Positions 1-8,549 of a stretch of 39,664 nt of DNA are shown one piece after another. Under the pieces are notes generated by a model, which ran no database searches, was not told where the DNA came from, and was given only the letters and a program-made list of their open reading frames with translations. The stretch lies in NCBI GenBank assembly GCA_943704425.1, contig CALSCP010000313.1:66910-106573 (forward strand). The letters run 5' to 3'. Position 1 is the stretch's first letter; each line of letters starts with the position of its first letter. The stretch is from Ministeria vibrans ATCC 50519 (Eukaryota; Protista; Filasterea). The position numbers and the translations under genes were made by a program.

Positions 1-1951
1 TGGGCGCAGAGAACCACTGACGAAAAACGGCTCATCTCTCCTTATGTTATATTTGGTCTCCTCTCAATGTGTGTGTGTGTGTCTTTGTGGTGTGTGTGTG
101 TGTGTGTGTCTTTGTGGTGTGTGTGTGTGTGTGTGTGTGTCTTTGTGGTGTATGTGACTTTGTGGTGTGTGTGCGATAATGCGTATGCGTGGGTGATAAG
201 TGTACTTGTGAAAAAATGCACAACAGACAGTTAAAAAATTACCGGCGGACTCGAGAAAGGCAATACTTGTGAGGTTGTAAGTGAAAAGAAAAATCTGGCA
301 GAAGATGGTGACGGCGGGCATGACAAAGACATGGCGGGCAACAGTAATGGTCGTCATGGCCTGGGTGATGGCTTCGCCGGCACGCTCGGCGACGGAGCGC
401 GACTTGTAAAGTACGGTCGTCATGAGAAGGGTGATAAGCAGCGAGATGATGGCGAGCGACAGCTGCAGACCCGCCTCGACGTGGTTCGCCTTGAGCATGC
501 CGCGCTGCCCTTTGGTGTTGTCGTTAGCGACTCCCCACTGGACAAAGAGGTAGATGCACGAGCCAACGCCGACCGCCATACCCACCATGGCCACAATAAA
601 GACAACATTCTTGCTCACACGCGGAAGCACAAAACACCAGAGGGACGCAAGCGTGGCGGCAAGTAGACCGCAGAAGATGATCGTCGGGTACGACTGACCC
701 ATGTCCGCAATGACACGGTTGCCCACGCGCAGCTTGTTCAACTGTTTGTAAATAAGCGTCACGAGCTCACCGCTGGTAAAGTTGACAGGACCTCCCTCGA
801 ACACATCCGACGTGTACATGAGGTCGGGTCCTGACGGCACACACAAATAGATTTCGCGATAGGAGGAGAACACACCGCTCGCACACAGTCCCTCCTGAAT
901 CATGCTGTTCATCATTGACACATTCTTGGGTTGCTCCAAAAACGCATGGCACTTGACATTTTCCAGCGTAGCCACCTGTCACACGGAGAAGATATCGCAA
1001 AAAAAGAAGAAAAAAAATAAGACACGGTGGACAAGAGACGTTTGGTTGAACAGTACCTGGGTTGTTGGCGGACAGGTATTGACACACATTTTCAAGGTGG
1101 TGTTGTGAAACTCAAAGGTGTACATCCACTTTTGGTTTTTCAAGTTGGGCAGCCCGGGTGCAATCCTGAGCAGAGTAGGTGAGGACACAGTCGAGGTGTT
1201 TTGTGTTGCATGTGTGCAAAACGTACTCTGCATTGTTGTAGCCACACAGATTGCCATACGAGTCGAACGTATGGTAGATGCGAGGCAAATCACCCTGCGA
1301 GTAGCCCAGGATGCCAATGACAACAAAGGTGAGGAGGAACACCCCAAAGACGCCCAGACAGAACTTGTCTGTGACATGGCGCTTCTGGTTGATGTACGCT
1401 TTGTGATACTCTTGGTTTGCGCCCTGTAAAACAGCACAACCGCATTAGAAAGCGCAGCAGCCACGTGCCGATGGCATGGCTCGACACACACAGCACAGGT
1501 GTGTCCATGCGAAAGGGTATCCTTTCCAAATTCAGAGGGCCAACCGACGTTGTAAACTTTTTTTTTCTTCTTCAATTTTCGAACTATTGGCGATTGCAGT
1601 GACTCGTAGTGGCTGCCGACGGCATTCAATGTGCCAGGAGGTATCAGCCGGTATGCCACGAGGCATTCAACTCCCTTCCTGCTTTCCAGCAATCGCGTTT
1701 GTTTGACTTCGCAAAGTGAAACCCCCCGAAGATTAATTGATGCACCCAAAGCAGTGCGACGCGTGTCTTAAGGAGCGTTGTGGAACAGCACTCAGGGATG
1801 AGCAAGACACGCGCGAGTCGACGACACAGCGGACGATTGCAACAAACCAACCCACCTGAGAGTCTTCTTTGCCGCCTGCTCCGTGGGCGTCGAGAGAGCG
1901 CTCAAGCTGTGCCAGCTCGTCGTCGAGCAGAGACTCCTCTAGGGTCTTCAT
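1..1951 (-). CDS. SLC44A: Choline transporter-like (CTL/SLC44) protein, multi-exon, 3' end runs off the window
   Basis: Spliced translation gives CTL hallmarks RHVTDKFCL (cf. RxCTD) and GDLPRIYHTFDSYGNLCG, a Cys-rich loop (CVNTCP, CVP), then multiple TM helices in ORF 64..975. ATG at 1951; a CA-repeat intron follows the exon ending near 243. The 5' exon structure is not fully resolved. Confidence 0.85.
68..172. repeat. Intronic (TG/CA)n microsatellite
   Basis: Seen directly; produces the spurious HTHT tail of ORF 64..975. Confidence 0.9.
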
Positions 1952-2884
1952 CAAAGTAGTTAATTATTAAATTAATTGTTAATTTTGATTGTTATGTTTT
2001 GTGTGTGTGTGTGTGTGTCGGAACAAAGGAAAATCCGAGAAGTGACAATGACAGTAAAATTTAGTTTATTGGGGGTTTCTCGTTGACCACTCTATGTCGG
2101 TATTGTCGTCTTACTTGTCTTTGAGTTGTCTAGGGTCTAGGGGTGCGGATGGCTGATGTATCATGTAGGGCTGTAAGTGGACGGCGGCGATTTGATTGAC
2201 CCACGTTTGACTTGCTTATTTGTGACGGTCGGGTCGGCGGTCAGCGAAAACAAGCTGAAGGAGGAGATGTGGATTGTGGAGCCACCACTGGAGAGCGTGT
2301 CGCGTGGGAGGCAGATCTTAAGACGCCTGTTAGAGATTCTCGAGGCAAATGTAAAGTGGTTTCAATTCAAGGTCCAACCGCCTGTCTCAATCCTCATGGA
2401 GAATCGCATCATCGATCAAGAGTTCAAGACGACTAGACAGTAGACGAGAGTCGAGAAACGATCCAAACGAAGGAGGTCCGCGAGTCGCGTGAGTGAGTGA
2501 GTCAGTCAGAATGACAACGGAGGATTATAAAAACACAAACATTCCACAAACATCGACAGAGCGCCATCCCGACGCTCGTCGGCGAGCAGTCCTCAGCAGA
2601 GAGTCTGTCACTGTCACTGTGACACTGTCTGTCTGTCAGAGTCTCAGAGACTCTTTAAGAATCAAGGGATAAAGGTCGTCTGGGTCTTCGCCAACATACA
2701 AAAAAAAAAAAAAAAAAANNNNNNNNNGATCGAATTTTTTAAAAAAAAGATTTTCAACTCACTACTCGTAATTTCACTCATCACTTTTTTGTTTTTCTAT
2801 GTTCAATCGTACGCGCTATGATCTTGTCCAATAAGCTCTAACCATTGCATTGCTCTCCTCCCCTCCCCGCGTCTCTCCCTCTAG

Positions 2885-2953
2885 GCACCAGTGGTGGATT
2901 TGGCGCTCCCGCTGCAGGCGCTTTCGGAACGCCCGCCAGGCCGACCCAAGGAG
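2885..2953 (+). other. Isolated 69-nt exon-like segment encoding an FG-repeat-like peptide (TSGGFGAPAAGAFGTPARPTQG)
   Basis: Preceded by a pyrimidine tract and TAG, followed by GTACG; lies about 160 bp from an assembly gap (2719-2727). Confidence 0.35.
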
Positions 2954-3369
2954 GTACGTTCCCCTTCGTTTGCTGCTTCTCCGCGACTCGATCGTGCTGG
3001 ACGATCCTCTCTCGCTGTGAACTGGGCGTTTTTCGACTTCGTTCTCGACACCCGTTCCTTTTTTGCCTTCCTTGCTCTCTTGTCTCCCTCCCACTGGGCC
3101 CTTCTTGCTCCCCACTCCTCTCGTATATGATCCCCTTTCCTGTGAGACGCTTGGCGCACCTGCGTTTCCATTTCAAAAGTGCTCGTCTCATCCAAATTTG
3201 CGTTCACGTTCGAAAACGTTTTTCACGTTTGCTCTCTCGCTCTCTTCTCTCTCCCATCAACCCCTACCCGGCAGCCCTTGCTCTCGTCTTTTTGCCACGC
3301 TGTCTTTGTCGTGTCTTCTTCCCCGTCCCTATGCTCTCAGTATGTGTGTTTGTCTCAATCTTGCCTGAC

Positions 3370-3409
<40 letters not shown>

Positions 3410-3426
3410 TCATCCACCGATCCAAC

Positions 3427-4245
3427 ATGTCGATGCGAGTGGCAGAAACCGCCAAAGCAGTTCTGGCAAAGTTTCTGCATCGGGGTTGGGGCGGTGTGGT
3501 TGTGTGCGGCACGCAAGGAAGCATCCCGGACCTGATCAAGACGAAGCGTGGCGATCTGCTCAAGTGTGCGGATGGGCGCGAATCGGAACTGTCGTCGAAG
3601 CAGGCGGGCCCCAAGCTGCTGGGCGGCGTCTACGGCATTGCAGCGATGACGCAGCGAACGAGCATCGGCGACATCGACGCCATCTGCGACGAAGTGAAGC
3701 AACTGGGCTACCACCCGTCCGTGCATGGCGATACCAACCGCGACGTCATGGGCTGCGGTTTCTTCCGCCTCTGGTCCCGCAACCACTTTCGCGCCATCAT
3801 GGGGCGCGACTACGTGAAGAAGCCGGGCTACACCGGCCAGTCAGGCAGAGAGAAAATCCTCGAGCTTGGCGCCGACTACGACGTCCACTTTGGCAACCAG
3901 CACGAGTCGGAGGTGGTCATCAACATGATCCCGGACACGACGCTGAAGCCCGTCGCCTGCGATCAGCGCTTTGTGGCCGACGTGTGGGTCATCCAACAGC
4001 TCAACGAGCAGTACCGCAAAACGTCCGCAATGGAGATCGACTTGGAGCACTTTGCAGATGTTGCGATCGACACCGTTGAGGCGCTCAGCAAAACATGCCG
4101 CAGTGCGCGCATTCTGATTCCCTGTGATCCCAAGTCCGATTGTACCCGCAATCTGAGCTGCCACGAAAACACCTGTTTGTCGAATCCGCCCTGCGGTGAG
4201 ACGCCGTGCAGGAGCTTCCAGTGCTGTTCTAGTATCAAATCGTAG
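3427..4245 (+). CDS. CDCA: Zeta-class (CDCA, cadmium/zinc cambialistic) carbonic anhydrase, single domain plus Cys-rich C-terminal tail
   Basis: Motifs colinear with a diatom CDCA1 repeat: RGW, LLKCADGR, GPKLLGGVYGIA, PSVHGD, MGCGFFRLW, HxExxVxIN, DQRFVADVW, TVEAL. The Cys/His/Cys metal ligands and the Asp-Arg dyad are present. First ATG after the poly-T is at 3427. Confidence 0.9.
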   Translation: MSMRVAETAKAVLAKFLHRGWGGVVVCGTQGSIPDLIKTKRGDLLKCADGRESELSSKQAGPKLLGGVYGIAAMTQRTSIGDIDAICDEVKQLGYHPSVHGDTNRDVMGCGFFRLWSRNHFRAIMGRDYVKKPGYTGQSGREKILELGADYDVHFGNQHESEVVINMIPDTTLKPVACDQRFVADVWVIQQLNEQYRKTSAMEIDLEHFADVAIDTVEALSKTCRSARILIPCDPKSDCTRNLSCHENTCLSNPPCGETPCRSFQCCSSIKS

Positions 4246-4424
4246 CTAATGCAGAAGAGTTCTTTTTAATGAATACGATTAATTGAAAAAAAAAATTAGT
4301 ACTAGAATCATTCAACATCACGAGCGGGTACGAAAAAATAAGACTCTGGGAATATTTTTTGCTTTTATGGTTCTGACTGGCGCTTAGATCAAATTCGAGA
4401 GTGAATGGATTGCCATGCTTTATG

Positions 4425-7400
4425 TTATTGTTGCTTTCGATTTTGACGCAAGATGCGGAGAAGAAGATAGCGTACGACCACGACGGAGAAGGCAGCTTGT
4501 GTCGTCATGAGAGCAACAGAGAGGGCAGGCTGTGCCACAAACATATCTGCAATAGAGTGTTCGAAAAAGTACGAAACGGGTGTGAAGGGGGCACCGGCCA
4601 ACACAACGGCAGAGGCAGTCCAAGCCCTCTGTTCGGGCTTGCTCAGCGGGCGAGTGGGGGCAGGCAGCCGACGAACAATACGATCAATGTAGTTAAGAAA
4701 GAGCCAGTCGGTGTCAAAGCGACGCAGGCGCCAACTGAGACGATAGAGTACGTCGGGAACCTGCGAATTCCATGGCGCACGGCCAAGTCCAGCGCGCAGG
4801 GAGCGAACTTGAGTGATGAAGTCGTTTGTGTGTAGTACTTGCGATACGCGGAACGCAGTGTGGCCAAGCGACAGGTATAGCGCAAGGGAGGGTTCGCCCA
4901 TGGCAAGCACGCAGTTGATGAGACCAATGGTGGCCGCTGTCGAGTACGCAAGAGCGCCCTTGCGGTCGGGGCGAGTTTTCGCGATGATGGTGCCAAACAC
5001 AGCGGTGTAGAGACCGGACGCGCCAAGGGCATAGCGAGCCCAGTCAAATTGGAACCAGAGGGGCATGGTGCTGGCAAGGAGCACCACGCCTACGTGTGCG
5101 GACAGGCCGGCGTAACCCAGTGCGCTTGTCGGTGTTGCGCCCTCCATGGACCGTGCGAAAAGACCAGTCAGGAGGGGCGGGATCTGAGACGATTTGAGGG
5201 CCGCAGCCAGCAGAACGCAAGCGGCCGCGCCCTGAGACGCCTCCAATGAACTAGTTTCGGCAGCAAGTGCTGCTGCTGCCAGAAGAGCACAGTCGGAAAC
5301 GCGGTAGACGGAAAAGGCAAAAATCGCGTTGTCGCGAACGGAAGAGCGCTCGTTGTACGCGCCAATAAGAAATGTTGACGAAAACCCAAAAAGACTCCAA
5401 CCAGCGAGCGCGTGGTGTAGATCTGGCGCGAGCGATATCAAGTTGAAACTTAACACCATCGCGGCGGAAAGAGCCACAAAACGCCCGTACATGTGCTCGC
5501 CGTGGAGGTAACGATGAGAAAATGAGAGGACAGGCAGCGAAATGAGGCCAGCGCTGAGCACCGCCATGGACGCAGGAAAGGACAACAAGGCACCCTGGGA
5601 ATGATAGGCAAGGGGCGCAGCACACGCAGCAAGGATGCCGACGACGCCAGCACGGTAGATGGCGTCCTCGGAGCGAGCAACTTGCGACGCATGCTCAATT
5701 TGGCGCTGGTAGGTGAACATGCTTGAGTCGTCGGCAATCGCAGAGTTGATGTTACTGCCATCGATTGACGATACCCCAATTCCAAGACTCGGAGGAGATG
5801 AGAGTGCAAAGTCATGCCCGTCGACCGAATAGAAGCGGCCGGTGATAGGGTCGCGAACAGTGCAGAGAACCCACTGGTTGAAGACAAGCTGGTGCAGATC
5901 ACGGCGGCGCTGCAGAACGGCACGCACGCGGTCCACTGGCGCATCAATCACAAAAAGGGCGCGCAAAGGCGTGTGCATCTCCGTCATCTGCGAGGGTAGC
6001 CCGGCACGAAGATCACCTGCGGCGCCTTGCTGCACACCAATGTTGGCAACGACGTTTAGAGGTGCCTTGGTGCCCGCCCCAAAACTGTCGACAGAAATGG
6101 TCGACATGAGGTACTCGAGGTTGATACCAGAGCACACAGCCAACGCCGGTCCCAGTACGTTCTCAAGATTATTGCCCGAGGCGTTGTCGCCAAACGGATC
6201 GTACGACGGCAAGAAGGCTCGACGGTCAAGATGAGCTTGCTTGGTCAGCTCGCGACGGCCCACGACAACCAGCGCGTTGGACGCGTGGTTCAACTCGGGT
6301 CGCACCTCTCCAGGATCTAGAGAGCGATTTCGCACGTATTGTACCGCTTCCTTCTCGTTCGCCACGGGTCGGCGAAAAAATCTGGTACAGCGCTCGTAGG
6401 CATTTCGTCCGATAGCTCTTGATATTTGCTCTTTAGTCGTCGCAAAGAGTGCCGCGTGCGACTCGGGAACAAGGGGCTCCTCAAAGTAGTGAACTTGGTC
6501 GGACGTAGTGTTGTGGGTACCGCTGATGAAGTAGGAGTCGGACGGGACCGCAATTTGATGATCTTCGAGGAGGTATTGGCGCACACGAGAGTTGTTTGCA
6601 GCTGTGCACACGAGACGGGCATTGGGACCGCCGGAGTTGCCAGAGCACGCACCGCATTGGTACGCCGAGTCGTATGGGTTGTTTACAGTGGACGCTTCGT
6701 GTCCTAACACAACAACCAGCGGCGAAAACTGGTGCAGACCAATGTTGTTGAACATTTTCGCCAGACGCGATGCGAGATCGCGTTCGTCGCCCAATGCAAG
6801 CTCTGTCGGTGGTTTTGGTGCAAAGCGACGACTCAACCAGGAGTACAGACGGTCCTTGGCACCCGGAGCAACGCAAGAGAGCCACAAATGAGCGAGGGAG
6901 AGCGGGGCCAGCGAGGCGAGCGCCAGACCGCCAAGCGCGGACGAGCTGGCGTTCTCAATCGCCAGCTTGAATCGCGCCTCCAACCAGACGCGATGCGTGT
7001 AGCGTTCGAGTTCCACTGACGGCTGCTCGCGAGCGAGCCGTTCGGGCACGGATAGGGAGATGGGTGCTCCTTCGGGGGCCAGATCTCGGCCCGGCCCGTC
7101 GATCGGTGTGTAGTGGAAGGGGACGCCAAAGAATCCGGCGACGCCATACGTCTGAATTCCCTCTTTATCCTCCATCTCGAGATTGCGCCTGAACGAGCAC
7201 TCGCGGTCATCGATGCATGCCAATAGCTGAAGGCGTGGCCGAGGCGACGAGGGAGCTGGTTGGTAAGGCGTTTCCCCAATGGCACGCCGTATCGCGCGCT
7301 GCATGCGAGCTTCAAGCGCCTCGCGTCGCGCTGCGTTCTGATCATCACAGGCAATGGAGCTGTCGCCTTGCACGCTTGCGCTGGCAGAATGCGTAAGCGG

Positions 7401-8249
7401 CGTCGCTGGCGGCATAGTGTCGAGCCATTGATGAAAGGGCATCTGGGTCGGCTGCCAGCCGTACTGCTGAGCCTTAGCGGTCGCGGAGGAGCGCAAGAAT
7501 GTAGTGTAGACGGCGGTGAAGTCGGCCAGGTGGACGCGTACGCCGGAGGGCGCTTCGTCTGGGTGAGCGGCCATCCTGTTGAACATGCCGGACCAGCCAC
7601 GCAACTCGGCCAAGATAGAGAAGAGGGCTCGCTCGTGATCGCACGGCGCCACGCCGAAGAAGTCAAGGTCGGACTGGACGATGGACAGAGCCAGCGACGT
7701 CAATTGATCAGAGTTGAAGCGGTGCTTGGGTGCGGCGCGGAGAACCATCGCTGCAGCGTCGCGGGAGCCCTGGCGCCATTTCTCACCCGACAGGTCTTCG
7801 AGAAGTGCGAAGAAATGGAGGAAACCATGCTTGCGGAACTGTGGCGTCCATTTCGCAGCACCACGGTCCAGAAAGGCCGCGCTCAGCTCGACGACTGCCC
7901 GATCGCACCGCTTCCGAGGATTCGTGCTGAAGACGGTGCCCATGCGTTGGCTGGGTGAGGTGAACGACTCGGCGTCATAGTAATGTTTGAGCGCCTCATC
8001 AAACGGCATGTGCTCAAGACTGTGCAAGGGATTGTGGTGGACGAACTTCTCAATGACACCCTGGGTGGGCAGGAGGAGCGCAGCGCGCGAGAGAGCAGCG
8101 CCGATTGAGGGAGAGGACACAGAAGACGAGACGGCGCGGTGGGCGGATGGCGATGGCGATGGGGGCTGACCGCAGAGCCGCCGGGGCCGCTGCATGGGAG
8201 GCACGCCCAGCACACGGGGCGCAACGCGATGTAGTATCACTGACATCAT
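4425..8249 (-). CDS. dabA-dabB: DabA-DabB fusion: DUF2309/UPF0753 beta-CA-like domain fused to a NuoL/MrpA-like (Proton_antipo_M) membrane domain; putative inorganic carbon pump with N-terminal presequence
   Basis: DabA motifs: FVHHNPLH, FLDRGAAKW, LRGWSG, CIDDRECSFRR, TYGVAGFFG, GHEASTVNNPY, CGACSG, HNTTSD, ERCTRF, RPELNHA, LDRRAFLPSYDP, INLEY, DLRAGLPSQM, NQWV. DabB motifs: SHRYLHGE..RF, YRVSD, KSSQIP, MEGATPTSA, DRKGALAYST. Uninterrupted, intronless ORF; ATG at 8249 or 8246. Confidence 0.92.
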   Translation of the reverse strand: MMSVILHRVAPRVLGVPPMQRPRRLCGQPPSPSPSAHRAVSSSVSSPSIGAALSRAALLLPTQGVIEKFVHHNPLHSLEHMPFDEALKHYYDAESFTSPSQRMGTVFSTNPRKRCDRAVVELSAAFLDRGAAKWTPQFRKHGFLHFFALLEDLSGEKWRQGSRDAAAMVLRAAPKHRFNSDQLTSLALSIVQSDLDFFGVAPCDHERALFSILAELRGWSGMFNRMAAHPDEAPSGVRVHLADFTAVYTTFLRSSATAKAQQYGWQPTQMPFHQWLDTMPPATPLTHSASASVQGDSSIACDDQNAARREALEARMQRAIRRAIGETPYQPAPSSPRPRLQLLACIDDRECSFRRNLEMEDKEGIQTYGVAGFFGVPFHYTPIDGPGRDLAPEGAPISLSVPERLAREQPSVELERYTHRVWLEARFKLAIENASSSALGGLALASLAPLSLAHLWLSCVAPGAKDRLYSWLSRRFAPKPPTELALGDERDLASRLAKMFNNIGLHQFSPLVVVLGHEASTVNNPYDSAYQCGACSGNSGGPNARLVCTAANNSRVRQYLLEDHQIAVPSDSYFISGTHNTTSDQVHYFEEPLVPESHAALFATTKEQISRAIGRNAYERCTRFFRRPVANEKEAVQYVRNRSLDPGEVRPELNHASNALVVVGRRELTKQAHLDRRAFLPSYDPFGDNASGNNLENVLGPALAVCSGINLEYLMSTISVDSFGAGTKAPLNVVANIGVQQGAAGDLRAGLPSQMTEMHTPLRALFVIDAPVDRVRAVLQRRRDLHQLVFNQWVLCTVRDPITGRFYSVDGHDFALSSPPSLGIGVSSIDGSNINSAIADDSSMFTYQRQIEHASQVARSEDAIYRAGVVGILAACAAPLAYHSQGALLSFPASMAVLSAGLISLPVLSFSHRYLHGEHMYGRFVALSAAMVLSFNLISLAPDLHHALAGWSLFGFSSTFLIGAYNERSSVRDNAIFAFSVYRVSDCALLAAAALAAETSSLEASQGAAACVLLAAALKSSQIPPLLTGLFARSMEGATPTSALGYAGLSAHVGVVLLASTMPLWFQFDWARYALGASGLYTAVFGTIIAKTRPDRKGALAYSTAATIGLINCVLAMGEPSLALYLSLGHTAFRVSQVLHTNDFITQVRSLRAGLGRAPWNSQVPDVLYRLSWRLRRFDTDWLFLNYIDRIVRRLPAPTRPLSKPEQRAWTASAVVLAGAPFTPVSYFFEHSIADMFVAQPALSVALMTTQAAFSVVVVRYLLLRILRQNRKQQ

Positions 8250-8549
8250 CAGATCATCCCACCCTGTATGGTTTTGTGGGTGAACAAACAAAAAGATTGA
8301 TCATTGAAGTCATTATAATATTAATTAATTTTATTAATTATTTGATTGCTTAAGGAATGACAGAAACACGACGGACTAAACTCATGATCAAAAAAAATGA
8401 AAAAGTTCGCACTTCTCGCTATTTTCCTTGCTACTCAAACTATACTAATATACATTATGCTGCCAATATTCGTATCAGAGTTTAGAGTGTGTCTCGTCAC
8501 CTATTCCTCTCTTTTTAAGTAGACAGGGTCACTTATACATTTTACATGT

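Noticed and set aside
2177-2443. 88-aa ORF
   Set aside because: GTG start, no recognisable motif, lies in a promoter region.
2845-3426. N-terminal 194 aa of the 466-aa ORF
   Set aside because: Non-ATG start and pyrimidine/poly-T-derived sequence; CDCA homology begins after ATG 3427.
4425-5700. NUMT or nuclear copy of mitochondrial nad5
   Set aside because: It is fused in frame to DUF2309, has DabB-type motifs, reads in the standard code with host-like GC, and is shorter than ND5.
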